Origin: an uncultured Gemmatimonadales bacterium
Lineage (GTDB): Bacteria > Gemmatimonadota > Gemmatimonadetes > Gemmatimonadales > GWC2-71-9
Length of the DNA stretch: 64,000 bases
Direction of reading: 5' to 3'
Assembly: GCA_963761885.1 (NCBI GenBank)
Contig: CAVXIN010000009.1
Location: 38,740-102,739 of the forward strand
Shown: positions 1-10,360 of the stretch, in pieces
Position numbering within the stretch: the stretch's first letter is position 1
How the letters are laid out: every line of letters starts with the position of its first letter
The notes under the pieces: generated by a model
Told to the model about the DNA's origin: nothing
Databases searched by the model: none
What the model saw: only the letters and a program-made list of their open reading frames with translations
Made by a program: the position numbers and the translations under genes

Positions 1-582
1 CCCTGGTGCGGCGAAGACGCCACCGGCCGCGACTTCATCCCTCGTGCGCTGACCCGCGTGCGCCGGCTGCTGCTGGTGAGCCGCATCCGGGATTGGGGAT
101 ACCGGGTCCTGCTCCGGCCCGGCATCTCCGGCGTGGATCCCCGCTACCCCAAGATCGTGGAGATCGAGCAGCGCTACGTCGTGGGCAAGACTCGGCAGGA
201 CGAGATCCCGTGGACCATGCTGGTCGGCCTGCTCACCCACGAGCTGGGCCACAGCTTCCTGTACCACCACTGGGACTGGACCAAGAGCCGGCGCTTCCGG
301 CGGGCCTTCGGGGAAGTGGACAAGGCTTACCGCGGGATGGACAACACCTGGGTGTACTTCCAGCGCCGGCGCATCGCGATCGCCCCGCGCGACCACGTGA
401 GCGCGTACGCGGCGAAGCACCCGCAGGAGGATTTCGCGGAGACTTTCCGATTCTACGTCACGCGCCGCGGGCGGCTGCGCGACCTGTTCGCGGAGTTCGG
501 TCAGAAGCGGAAGGGCGTCATTCTCTACGAGAAGTTCCTGGTGCTCCACGACTTCGTCCGAGCGCTCCGCGGCTGGGGGTAG
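1..582 (+). CDS. Putative zinc-binding metallopeptidase (Peptidase_Mx-like), probably 5'-truncated by the window edge
   Basis: HExxH motif THELGHS plus YAAKHPQEDFAETF; the frame is open from position 1; stop at 580-582. Confidence 0.75.
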   Translation, partial: PWCGEDATGRDFIPRALTRVRRLLLVSRIRDWGYRVLLRPGISGVDPRYPKIVEIEQRYVVGKTRQDEIPWTMLVGLLTHELGHSFLYHHWDWTKSRRFRRAFGEVDKAYRGMDNTWVYFQRRRIAIAPRDHVSAYAAKHPQEDFAETFRFYVTRRGRLRDLFAEFGQKRKGVILYEKFLVLHDFVRALRGWG

Positions 583-2174
583 GCGCCCGCAGAACCTCCA
601 TCGCCGCGTTGCGACCGTTCACGGCGATGACGCTCCCGCCCGGATGGGTGCCCGCCCCGCAGAGCAGCACCCCGGGCATCGGCGTGCGCGCCCGGAGCCG
701 ACGCTCCCACATGTACTGCGGCAGGATCTCGCCCTGGAAGATGTGACCGCCCGTGAGTCCGACCCGTTGCTCGATGTCGGGTGGGCCCAGCACTTCCATC
801 CCGGTGACCGCCGACGGGATGTTGCTGCAGAAGCGTCCGATCGAATCCACCACGACCCGCCCCACTTCGTCCCGCCGCGTATCCCACGTCCCGTCACGGA
901 AGCGGGTCGGCACGTATTGAGCGAAGACGCTCAGCGTGTGGACGCCATCCGGCACGACGCTCCGGTCGAACACGGTGTGCAGGTAGAGCTCGTTCCAGGT
1001 GCGCGGCGGCAGCACGCCCGCGTTGGCCATGGCGTGATATGACCGCCATTCGTCCTTGGAGAGCGGGGTATTGGTCTGGCCGGTGTGGTGCGGCATGTCG
1101 AGGCCGGGACGCGCGGTGAAGTTGGGCAGCTCCGACAGGCGCAGGTTCACCTTCACCGTGATGCCGTCGGTCGGCACGCTCCGAACCTGAGCGGCCCAGT
1201 CCGGGTCGGCCGCGTCGCCGAGCAGGCGAAGGGTGGTCTTGGGGTCGGCATTCGATACCACGTTGGCCGCGCGGATCCGTTCCCCCGAGGCGAGCTCCAC
1301 GCCCTCTCCCGGCAGGATGCGTTCGACCGGCACGCCCGTCGCCACCGCGACGCCGAGTGAGCGGGCGATGTCGCAGAGGATGAACGACACCATCCCCATG
1401 CCGCCCTTCGACGTAACCCCAGGTGCCCGGCTGGCCCATCATCCGGCCGGAGGCGTGGTGGAACCAGACCGAGCCGGTGCCCGCGTCGTGCGGACTGGCG
1501 TTGGTGCCGACCACGCCTTGCCCCAGATAGGCGAGCTGCAGCCGCTCATCCTGGAGATAGCGCTCGACCACCTCGACCATGGACCACTCGAAGAGCAGCG
1601 CCCGCGCCTCGCGATCGCCGCGCAGTCGCCGCTCGATCTCGTCGCGGTGCGGCGCGGGATCGAGCCACAGGTCGCCGGCGTTGGGAGGCCGCAGCGCGTC
1701 GCGCAACCGCCGCTTCACCGCCTGCATCGTCCGCCACCCGGCGAGGTCCTTCGGCGCGAACCGCTGGATCTCGGCCTCGCAGCGCTCGTCGTCGTTCCAG
1801 AGCTGGATGCTGCTGCCATCCTCGAACGGAACGAAGAGGCCGCCGACCGCGGGCATCCACCGGAACCCGTGAGCCGGCAGGTCCAGCTCGTCGATGACGG
1901 TCTGGTGGAGCAGCCCGGCCACATAGGCGCAGGGCGACATCCGAACCCCGGGCCACGGCTCGTCCATGGTGCAGGCACCGCCCACGCGATCCCGCGCCTC
2001 CAGCACCAGCACCTTCTGACCCGCCCGGGCCAGATACGCGGCGCAGGCGAGGCCGTTGTGGCCGGCCCCGACGACGATCGCGTCCCACCGGCGATTCGCC
2101 AGGTCGGCGACCGGCTCCGGCAGGCCGATGCGTCCCAGTACCGAGGCGGTGCGGCTCGAGGAAATCTTGGTCAT
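518..2174 (-). CDS. Phytoene dehydrogenase-like FAD-dependent oxidoreductase (COG1233); one frameshift near 1400-1410
   Basis: Rossmann motif IVVGAGHNGLACAAYLARAG; C-terminal GLTGGHIFQGE and LCGAGTHPGGSV; split between ORFs 894..2483 and 518..1399. Confidence 0.85.
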
Positions 2175-2266
2175 AGGAGGGCCTGAAGTTCGCGGTCCGC
2201 CGCGGGAAACGGAAGGCCGGCCGCGGCACTGTTCCGGACCCGTGCGGGAGCGTCTATTCTGCAGCC

Positions 2267-3436
2267 ATGACCCTTCGCCTCTACTACACCGACGCGTACC
2301 TGCGCGCCTTCGAAGCCGATGTGATGGACCGCGCCGAGGAGGGAAGACGGGTCTACCTCGACCGGAGTGCGTTCTATCCCACGTCGGGCGGTCAGCCGTT
2401 CGATATGGGCAGCCTGTCCGGCGTCGCGGTGGTGGACGTCGTGGACGAGGGAGATCGGGTCGCGCACCTGCTCGCCGCTCCACTCCCCGCCGGCCGCGTA
2501 CGCGGCGAAGTCGACTGGGAGCGCCGGTTCGACCACATGCAGCAGCACACCGGCCAGCACCTGCTCTCCGCCGTCATCCACGAGCAACTCGGACTCGCCA
2601 CCGTGAGCGTGCACTTCGGGAAGGAGAGCTCGACGCTCGACCTCGACACGGGGACCCTCGATCACGCGAGCCTGGTCGAGGCGGAGCGGCGGGCGAATCG
2701 GATCGTGACCGAGAACCGACCGGTCAGGGTGAGCTTCGAGGAGGCGGGGGCGGTGGAGGGGCTCCGGAAGGCGTCGTCCCGCGAGGGGACGCTCCGCATC
2801 GTCACCATCGACGCGCTCGACCGGAGCGCGTGCGGCGGCACCCACGTGCGGGCTACCGGCGAGATCGGAGCGATCGCCATCCGCCGGGTCGAGCGGGTGA
2901 AGCAGCACGCCCGCGTCGAGTTCCTCTGCGGGAACCGCGCGGTGCACCGCGCCCGAGCCGACCAGGAGATTCTGAGCCGGCTGGCGGGAACCTTCTCGGC
3001 CTCCGCCGAGGAGCTGCCCGCGCTGGTCGAGACGCAGCGCGGGGAGCTCAGGGAGGCGGCCGCTGCGCGGCGCGAGCTGGAGGCCAGCCTCTCGGAGCTG
3101 CGGGCGCGAGCGCTCCACGCGGCGGCGGTGCCCGACGCGGGTGGCGTGCGATCGATCGTGTTGCGGGAGGATGGGCCGATCGAGAGGCTGCGGCCGCTGG
3201 CGCTCGCCATCAGCGCGTTGCCCCGTGCGGTCTTCGTCGGATGGACGACGGCGCCACCCGCGACCCTGGTGGCGAGCTCCGCCGATTCCGGCGTGGACGC
3301 GGGTCCCTTGCTCCGCGCCGCCCTGGCGCAGGTGGGCGGCCGCGGCGGTGGCAACGCGCGGCTCGCACAAGGAACCGCCCCCTCCGCGGAGGCCCTGGAG
3401 GAGGCGGTCTCGGCGATGGTACCCCGGCGGACCTAG
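2267..3436 (+). CDS. alaX: Alanyl-tRNA editing protein, AlaX-L type (tRNA_SAD + DHHA1)
   Basis: LYYTDAY, FYPTSGGQPFD, HMQQHTGQHLLS, ACGGTHV (Zn site), C-terminal GGRGGG DHHA1 motif. Confidence 0.9.
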   Translation: MTLRLYYTDAYLRAFEADVMDRAEEGRRVYLDRSAFYPTSGGQPFDMGSLSGVAVVDVVDEGDRVAHLLAAPLPAGRVRGEVDWERRFDHMQQHTGQHLLSAVIHEQLGLATVSVHFGKESSTLDLDTGTLDHASLVEAERRANRIVTENRPVRVSFEEAGAVEGLRKASSREGTLRIVTIDALDRSACGGTHVRATGEIGAIAIRRVERVKQHARVEFLCGNRAVHRARADQEILSRLAGTFSASAEELPALVETQRGELREAAAARRELEASLSELRARALHAAAVPDAGGVRSIVLREDGPIERLRPLALAISALPRAVFVGWTTAPPATLVASSADSGVDAGPLLRAALAQVGGRGGGNARLAQGTAPSAEALEEAVSAMVPRRT

Positions 3437-4795
3437 CCCAGCTCGGACGCGAGCGCCTCGACCGATGTGGGGCACAGTCGCGGTGCCGGACTGGCCCCGG
3501 AGAATCGCGAGCGCCTCGTTGCGCGGCAGGCCGCGGCGATAGGGCCGGTCGGCGGTGAGCGCCTCGTACACATCCGCCACGGCGAGTGCCCGGCTCATCG
3601 GGCTGAGCCGATCCCCGGGCAGTCCCAGGTGATATCCCTTCCCGTCGAGCCGCTCATGGTGCGCGCTGGCGATCCCGACGATCCCGGCGAACGCGGTGAC
3701 CCGCTCCAGAATCCGCTGGGTGTACGCCGGATGCACCCGCACCTCGGCGCGCTCCCGCTCGGTGAGCCGGTCGGGCTTGTCCAGGATCAGGGTCGAGACG
3801 CCGAGCTTGCCGATGTCGTGCAGCAGACCGGCGCGGCGAAGGTCTCTGAGCTCCACGGCGCTGAAGTGCAGGCGCCGCCCGATCGTCACGGCCAGTTCGG
3901 CGACCCGCTCGGAGTGGAGATAGGTGTAGGGGGACTTCGCGTCGATGACCCGGGCGAAGGCATGCGCGATATCGTCCAGCCGGTCGTCGTCCCCGTAGAG
4001 GATCTGGTCCTCGGGCTCCAGCGCGCCAAGATGCCGCTCCGGAGCGCGCCCCAGCACCTGGCCCCAGAAAGCGTCGTCGTGGGCGAGGCTCCTGAGCGCG
4101 TCTACCAGCGTCGGGTCGAACCAGCGCCCCCGCCGCTCCATCGCCACCGACAGAGCCGCGTCCACGCCGAAGGTGCTGGCGAACACTTCCACCGATTGCG
4201 CCAGCCCCACGATGCGGCCCAGCAGCGGGATCGCGGCGCCGGCCAGGCCCTCGGGCATCCCGCGGCCGTCCCAGTGCTCGTCGAGACTGCGGATCGCCTC
4301 GCGGGTCGCCTCCGTGAATCCCAGCATGGATGCGATGTCGGCCCCACGGTCGCAGCGAGTCTGCACCATCTCCCGGCCACTGCCCCGCTCCGTGAATGCC
4401 ATGGAGGCGACGCGGAGCACGCGGCCCATCGTCGAGCCGCCGGGCACCGCGTGGCGGAGCGCGTACCCGAGGGTCGAGCTGGACCGCGACCAGTCGGTGA
4501 GCTTGTGCTCGCGCTTGAGCGCCCGGTCGTCCGCGCCGAACAGGGAGCAGAGCCGCGCCGCATTACTGGAACAGCCGAGATCCTTGAGCAGCAGAGCGTA
4601 GAAGAGCGCCGCGCGGTCTTCAGTCGGCACGCCAACCAGCTCGGCGATCCGCATGCCGATGAGGCAGGTTCGCACGGCGTGACCCGGCGGCTGTCCTTCG
4701 GTGATATCGAGCGCGCAGGAGAGCGCGGACAGAATCTCGGAGGTGCGGTAGGCGGAATCGCGGACCGGCGCGGAGAGGGCGAGGCTAGCGGTCAT
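3433..4795 (-). CDS. Tandem-HD HD-GYP phosphodiesterase; frameshift near 3478 close to the C-terminus
   Basis: N-terminal degenerate HD (ALLLKDLGC, EHWDGRG); C-terminal DAKSPYTYLHSERVA, LLHDIGK, HHERLDGKGYH, VADVYEALTADRPYR; shifted frame ends CPTSVEALASELG* at 3433. Confidence 0.88.
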
Positions 4796-6275
4796 TGGCC
4801 GGGCTGGTTCCACCCATGTGCGTGTCGAGGATCCCGCTCAGGTCCACACCCTCGGCCCCCAGCAGGCGAAACACTTCCCACTCGGCGGCGCGGGCGGCGC
4901 CGATCCGACGGCCGTTGTACATCAGCGACATCACCAGCAGGCCATCCGGGCGGGCGAGATAGCCGGCGAGGGTCGCGACCTGATCCAGGGTGCCGGTCTT
5001 GGCGTGCACCACACCGCGCACCATCCCTCCGCCCCGGAGCCGGCGCAGCGTGCCGGTGCCGTTCGCGGGCAGGAGCAGGGGAAAGCGGCCATTCCCGGGC
5101 AGCTGCGGATAGCGGGCGAGATAGAGCATCTGGGTGCGCGAGCTCATGCGGTTGAACTCGCTGAGCCCGCTGCCGTCGACCAGGTGGACCCGGGCCTCGG
5201 GTCCCACCACATCGCGCACGTGCCGGGTGAGCAGGCCGGGACCGGTGAGCTGGTTGCCGGCGGCCCACTGCAGCATGAGCTCGGCGCCGATGTTGATGCT
5301 GCGCCGGTTCACCTCGGTGGCGACGCTGTCCAGCGAGGCGGAAGCGACCTGCGCCAGGGTCGAGGCGGGCCTCGGAGCCCGCAACACCGGTCCGCCCGCC
5401 TGGGTCCAGCGGATCCCGGCGCGATCGAGTGCCGCGGCCCAGGTCGCGACCAGGAGCTGTGAGGGGTCGTGGGCCACGGCACTGATGCCGGCCACCCGGC
5501 GCTCGATGCCGAGGCGGCCGCGCAGGGTCCAACCGCCATCGGGATCGGCGCTGAGCGAGAGGCGCCGCGAGCGTCCGGCAGTGGTCGTCGCCAGGACCCG
5601 CACCATCCGGCCAACACCGTCGGGATACGCGCTCACCAGCTGGGGCGCCGCACCCACCTCTCGGCCGGGGCGGAAAGTCAGGGAGACGGTGTTCTCATGC
5701 AGCGCGACGGGCCCGACCGGCGGTGCGTAGAGCTGCCCCTGGAAATCGGGGCTCCAGACCGTCGGGAACCGGGAGGCCGCGGGACCGGTCCTGCTGGTCA
5801 GCGTCAGGGGCCCTTCCAGCCGGCGGACGCCACGATCGTAGAGCTGCCGCGCGAGCTCGCGCAGGGTCGGGCCGGCACGCCCGGCGCGATCGAGGGTCGG
5901 ATCGCCGCCCAGCTCGAGCGCCCAGGTGCCGACCCAGGCGCCGGTCGCCACATCCAGACGGCCGTCGCCGACGACGCGGGTGGTGAAGCGCGCACCGCCG
6001 CCCATCCGGCTGCGGGAAAACCCGGTGGTGAAGAGCTTGGTGGTCGAGGCGGGGATCAATTCGAGCTCCGGCAACACACTCCAGAGGACCCGGCCGTCCA
6101 TGGTGCCGATGCTGATGCCCCACTGGCCGCCCGGGGTGCGCTGCACCGTCCGCTGATACCACGACTCCAGATCGGCCAGCTCGCGCGAAGACAGCTGCTG
6201 CGCCACGGCCGAAGCGGCCGGGGTGCCCAGAAGGCAAAGCGCGACCATCAGCGTCCGGGTCGGGCGTCGACGCAT
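4785..6275 (-). CDS. dacB: D-alanyl-D-alanine carboxypeptidase/endopeptidase (peptidase S13, PBP4)
   Basis: Signal peptide; PASTTK (SxxK), GGDPTL, SIN (SxN), DGSGLS, AKTGTL. Confidence 0.9.
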   Translation of the reverse strand: MRRRPTRTLMVALCLLGTPAASAVAQQLSSRELADLESWYQRTVQRTPGGQWGISIGTMDGRVLWSVLPELELIPASTTKLFTTGFSRSRMGGGARFTTRVVGDGRLDVATGAWVGTWALELGGDPTLDRAGRAGPTLRELARQLYDRGVRRLEGPLTLTSRTGPAASRFPTVWSPDFQGQLYAPPVGPVALHENTVSLTFRPGREVGAAPQLVSAYPDGVGRMVRVLATTTAGRSRRLSLSADPDGGWTLRGRLGIERRVAGISAVAHDPSQLLVATWAAALDRAGIRWTQAGGPVLRAPRPASTLAQVASASLDSVATEVNRRSINIGAELMLQWAAGNQLTGPGLLTRHVRDVVGPEARVHLVDGSGLSEFNRMSSRTQMLYLARYPQLPGNGRFPLLLPANGTGTLRRLRGGGMVRGVVHAKTGTLDQVATLAGYLARPDGLLVMSLMYNGRRIGAARAAEWEVFRLLGAEGVDLSGILDTHMGGTSPANDR

Positions 6276-6425
6276 GGTGGTTCCGAGTGGAGGAGCGGAC
6301 AGGATCAGGGATGTGCCGGCCAGGGAGGCAAGCGGTAGGCCACCGGTAAGGTCGTGAAGAGAGAGGGAGTTACACGAGATCAGGTGGGGCCGGATCGGGC
6401 GTTCTGCGAGCCGTCGGGGATGGGG

Positions 6426-8441
6426 CTAGACCTGCTCCAGTGCGTGCAAGAATTGTCCGGCCGTCGGCCACCTGTTCTCGGGCTTGCGTTCGAGCGCCCG
6501 GAGAATCACTCGGGCCAGCGAGTCCGGTACATCGGCGTTCAAAGTCCTAGGGTCGGGCGCGGTGTCCTCGAGGTGGCGGGCCAGCAATGCCACGAGGCTG
6601 GGCGCCTCGAACACCGGCCTTCCGGTCACGCACTCGAAGAGCACGGCCCCCGTGGCGTACAGATCCGCGCGGCCGTCCACCGACTCCGCGAACAGCTGCT
6701 CGGGCGCCATGTACTGCGGCGTGCCGACCACCACACCGGCTGCCGTCAGCGCCTGTCGCGGATCCGACCGATGCTCCGCGAGCCGCGCGATCCCGAAGTC
6801 CATCACCTTGAGGAAGCCCGACGGGTCCACCAGGAGATTCTGCGGCTTCACGTCGCGGTGAACCACGCCCTCCTCGTGGGCCACCTCGAGCGCCCGGCAC
6901 ACCTGCTTGCCGATGGTGAGCGTGGCGGGCACGTCGAGCCGGCCGGCGTCACGGATGAGCGCGGCCACAGTGGTTCCCCGGACCAGCTCCATCGTGATGT
7001 AGTAGACCCCGTCCACCTCGCCGAGATCGTAGGTGCGGACCACGTTCCGGTGGGTGATCCGCCGCGCCAGCCGAAGCTCCTGCTTGAACCGCTCCAGCAG
7101 TGTGGGATCGATGTCGCCCAGGTCCGGCCGGAGCGCCTTGATGGCGACCGCCTCGCCGACCTCACGGTCGAACGCCCGATACACCACCCCCATGCCGCCC
7201 GAGCCGAGCAGCTCCTGGATGTCGTAGCGTCCCGCGAAGCGCTCACCCACCGCCAGCGACCCGGGTGCATCCCCACGGGCCGGTACGGCCGTGGTCTGAC
7301 CCTGGGCTCCGCCCAGCGCGCGCTGTCCGCCGGTCTTCAGGTACTCCACGAGCCGGTCCTTCTCCCGCAGCTCCTCCACCATCTGCCCGAACGCACCAGC
7401 CAGCTCCCCGATCTCGTCGCCGCTGCTGGCTTCGATCCGACCGGTGTATTGGCCCGCGCTGACCTTGCGCGCGGCACCCACCAGCTGCCGGACCGGTCGG
7501 GTAATCCCCCTCGCCATGACCACCGAGAATGCCAGCGCCAGCAGCATGCCGACCACGAAGGACCATCCGATGGTGCGGCTCAGCTGCCGATAGGCGGCCA
7601 GCTCGCGATCGCGAGAATGCAGACCGATGAAGCCGCCGAGCGGCACGCCATCGGCGGAACGGAGGAATCCGGAGGCGGCGAGATAGCTCTCGTCACCCGC
7701 GCGGATGGGGAACTGGGCGAACACGGTGTCCTCCCCTTTCCCCAGCGGAGCGCGCCGCACCTGCTCGGCGACGGCCGAGGCCGGCAGGGTGGACACCGCC
7801 ACCTGCGGCAGACCGAGGGTATCCAGCGAGAAGAAGACGATCTCCGAATCGGTGGTCCGGTGGAGCTGCGCGACGAACCCGCTGTCCACCTTGAGCGCGG
7901 CCACCACCACCCCGAAGGGACTGGTGCTGCCGGGACTCGCCACCGGCACGCCGACGGCCTGGTACAGCTCGTCGCCATGCTCGCCGGGCTCGAGCCAGAG
8001 ACCCTGGGTGATCTGCCCCTCCATCGCCCGGCCGATCAGGGCGCCGCGCGAGAAGTCCTCATCCGAGCTGCCGCGATTGGCGGTCCAGGCCTGGAGCACT
8101 CCTCCGCCATCGGTGATCAGCACCCAGTCGGCGCCCGTCTGCAGCCGCAGCTCATCGGCCTGGTCCAGCAGGTTGGAGCGGTCGCCGCCGCGCAGCGATT
8201 CGCCGATGCGGGAGACGTACGCCGGCACCTGGACCAGCGCCTGGTTGAGCCGGAGCAGAGTCGTGCTGCGGTTGGTGAGCGCTTCGTCGATGGCCGCGGC
8301 GGTCGCGCCGAGCGCACGGGCCGAGGCGGCGTCCGCAGCGGCGTCCGCTCGCCGCTTGGTGACGAGCAGCGCCGAGCCGAGCACCGCCGCAACCACCAGC
8401 GCAGTGCCGAGAAAGATCCGGGTGCCGAGGGGAAGGCTCAT
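6426..8441 (-). CDS. Membrane Ser/Thr protein kinase with periplasmic Cache-like sensor and HAMP domain
   Basis: Two TM segments; HAMP (ITRPVRQL...DEIGELAGAF); Hanks kinase motifs LGSGGMGVVY, VAIK, HRDVKPQN, DFGIAR, GTPQYMAPE. Confidence 0.9.
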   Translation of the reverse strand: MSLPLGTRIFLGTALVVAAVLGSALLVTKRRADAAADAASARALGATAAAIDEALTNRSTTLLRLNQALVQVPAYVSRIGESLRGGDRSNLLDQADELRLQTGADWVLITDGGGVLQAWTANRGSSDEDFSRGALIGRAMEGQITQGLWLEPGEHGDELYQAVGVPVASPGSTSPFGVVVAALKVDSGFVAQLHRTTDSEIVFFSLDTLGLPQVAVSTLPASAVAEQVRRAPLGKGEDTVFAQFPIRAGDESYLAASGFLRSADGVPLGGFIGLHSRDRELAAYRQLSRTIGWSFVVGMLLALAFSVVMARGITRPVRQLVGAARKVSAGQYTGRIEASSGDEIGELAGAFGQMVEELREKDRLVEYLKTGGQRALGGAQGQTTAVPARGDAPGSLAVGERFAGRYDIQELLGSGGMGVVYRAFDREVGEAVAIKALRPDLGDIDPTLLERFKQELRLARRITHRNVVRTYDLGEVDGVYYITMELVRGTTVAALIRDAGRLDVPATLTIGKQVCRALEVAHEEGVVHRDVKPQNLLVDPSGFLKVMDFGIARLAEHRSDPRQALTAAGVVVGTPQYMAPEQLFAESVDGRADLYATGAVLFECVTGRPVFEAPSLVALLARHLEDTAPDPRTLNADVPDSLARVILRALERKPENRWPTAGQFLHALEQV

Positions 8442-8463
8442 CACCGGCGTCCCGGGCCGGCGA

Positions 8464-9159
8464 TCAGTAGCGCCGACCCTGCTGGGGATACGGCTGGCCG
8501 TGCTTGTTGAGGTGGGGCGTGAACTGAAACCCGCGCGCATCGAGCTCGAGGGCTACCTGATCCAGCCCGCTCGCCGGCACGGTGAGGGGCTGGGCCACCT
8601 CCGGCGCACGCTCGTGCCAGGCGTGCAGCGTGTACTCGCCGGGTGGAACTCCGCTCAGGGTAAAGGAGCCGTCGCTCGACGGCTGGGTGTACCAGGGGCT
8701 GTCGCGCACCACGATCAGCGCGCTCATCTGAGAGTGGATATTGCAATACACCCGGGCCAGGCCGGGCTTCGCGAATCGGACCGAGCGCACCTCGCCCCGC
8801 CCGTACAGCCCGAGGTCGAACGGATTCTCCTCCGACAGCGAGAAGACGTTGTGGTTGAAGGCGTCGTAGTTGGAGAAGGTGACCGTGGAGCCCACGGGCA
8901 CGACGAGCACATGCGGTGAGAACTCTTTCTGAGAGGTGCCGACGTCCGTTTGTACCGCCGGCCGCGCCGAGGCGGGAACTCCGGTCAGCCAGAGCACCGC
9001 CTGCCCTACGTCGGCGGCGGACTGGTTCTCCTTTTCGAGCATGGTCACTCGCCCGCTCACTGTCGGCGGAGGGGCTCCCGCGGCCAGGACGGCCAGGGCC
9101 AAGCACGCCGCCGCCAGGGAGCGGCGGACGCCTGAGCCGGATGGTACTTTACAGGGCAT
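8464..9159 (-). CDS. Secreted cupredoxin / carboxypeptidase-regulatory-like domain protein (MauL-like); start uncertain
   Basis: Signal peptide; FSPHVLVVPVGSTVTFSNYDAFNHNVFS and YCNIHSQM (His...Cys-x-x-His-x-x-Met copper-ligand pattern); GEYTLHAWHE. Confidence 0.8.
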   Translation of the reverse strand: MPCKVPSGSGVRRSLAAACLALAVLAAGAPPPTVSGRVTMLEKENQSAADVGQAVLWLTGVPASARPAVQTDVGTSQKEFSPHVLVVPVGSTVTFSNYDAFNHNVFSLSEENPFDLGLYGRGEVRSVRFAKPGLARVYCNIHSQMSALIVVRDSPWYTQPSSDGSFTLSGVPPGEYTLHAWHERAPEVAQPLTVPASGLDQVALELDARGFQFTPHLNKHGQPYPQQGRRY

Positions 9160-10360
9160 GTCAAAACGTTACCGACCGCTTCCGGGCGCGTCAACGCGCA
9201 ATGCGTCGGCGCGGATAGCGTTCTTGGGTGTCTTCGCGATTGCGGGGCCCGCCGCCGTTGCCGCCCAAGGGCCCGACATCGAGGCCGGCGTACACGGCCT
9301 CATCCTGATGAACGCCTTCCATACGACGGACAACGTCAACAACAGCGACGTGCCGCAGTTCGCCGTCCCGGTGGCGCCACCGGGAACGACCGTCAGCACC
9401 TCGAGCGCCACCGTGCGCCAGTCGCGGGTTACCGTGTTCGCGCTGGTGCCGGAGTTCGCGAGCGGAGCGGCGCGCGGGGAGCTGGACGTGGATTTCTTCG
9501 GGGGACAACAGCCGTCCTCCGGGGGGCGCACGTTTCCGCTGCTTCGAATCCGGCGCGCGGTGGCGGAGGTGACCTGGAATCGGGTGGCGCTTCTGGTGGG
9601 CCAGGAGTCTCCGCCGATCGCGGCCGTCAGTCCGTCCTCGCTCGCGAGCATCGGCTTTCCCGAATTCGCCGGCGCGGGCAATCTCTGGCTCTGGATCCCC
9701 CAGATCCGGCTGAGCGCCGATCTCGCCTCAAACACTGCGCTTCGGTTCGGGGCGGAAATCGCCGCCCTCGCCCCCACCTCGGGAGAGGCCCAGGGCAGCT
9801 TCCTCACCCAACCGGACATCGCCGAGCGCAGCGGTCGGCCCTTTCTCCAGGGTCGAGTCCGGGGGCGATGGGGCGCCGGGGATCAGGCCGGTGAGCTGAG
9901 CGCGGGTGGGCACTACGGCTGGATCGTGGACGCGGCGGGTGAGCGGGTGCCTTCCAAGGCAGTGGCGATCAGCCTCTGGGCGCCGATCGGGCGGGTCCTC
10001 GAGCTTCGAGCCGAGGGGTTCGCCGGGCAGGCCCTGGCGGGCCTGGGCGGAGGCGGGATCGGTCAGAACATGGTGAGAGACGCCGTACCGGTGCGGACCA
10101 AGGGCGGGTGGGTCCAGCTGAACCTGCGGCCGTCGCAGCACTGGGAGTTGGGCGGTGGTGGGGGGATCGACGATCCGGACGACGAGGATCTGGGCGAGTC
10201 GTCGCGGCTGCGAAACGTGGCGGTCGAGGGCCACCTGACCTGGCGGATGCTCCCGGCGGTGGTCGGGGTGGAGGTTCGCCATCTCCGGACCCGATATCAG
10301 GCCCCGGTCAACGACCTCACGGCGACACAGTTCAATCTGGGTATGGGCTTCGAGTTCTGA
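9158..10360 (+). CDS. Outer-membrane beta-barrel porin (DcaP-like); start uncertain
   Basis: VRQSRV, GELDVDFFGG, LRIRRA, LLVGQ, PQIR motifs; C-terminal beta-signal LGMGFEF. Confidence 0.72.
   Translation: MSKRYRPLPGASTRNASARIAFLGVFAIAGPAAVAAQGPDIEAGVHGLILMNAFHTTDNVNNSDVPQFAVPVAPPGTTVSTSSATVRQSRVTVFALVPEFASGAARGELDVDFFGGQQPSSGGRTFPLLRIRRAVAEVTWNRVALLVGQESPPIAAVSPSSLASIGFPEFAGAGNLWLWIPQIRLSADLASNTALRFGAEIAALAPTSGEAQGSFLTQPDIAERSGRPFLQGRVRGRWGAGDQAGELSAGGHYGWIVDAAGERVPSKAVAISLWAPIGRVLELRAEGFAGQALAGLGGGGIGQNMVRDAVPVRTKGGWVQLNLRPSQHWELGGGGGIDDPDDEDLGESSRLRNVAVEGHLTWRMLPAVVGVEVRHLRTRYQAPVNDLTATQFNLGMGFEF

Noticed and set aside
2171-3432. C-terminal extension of the 880-aa HD-GYP ORF
   Set aside because: It is antisense to alaX and results from a 1-bp indel near 3478; the natural stop is at 3433.
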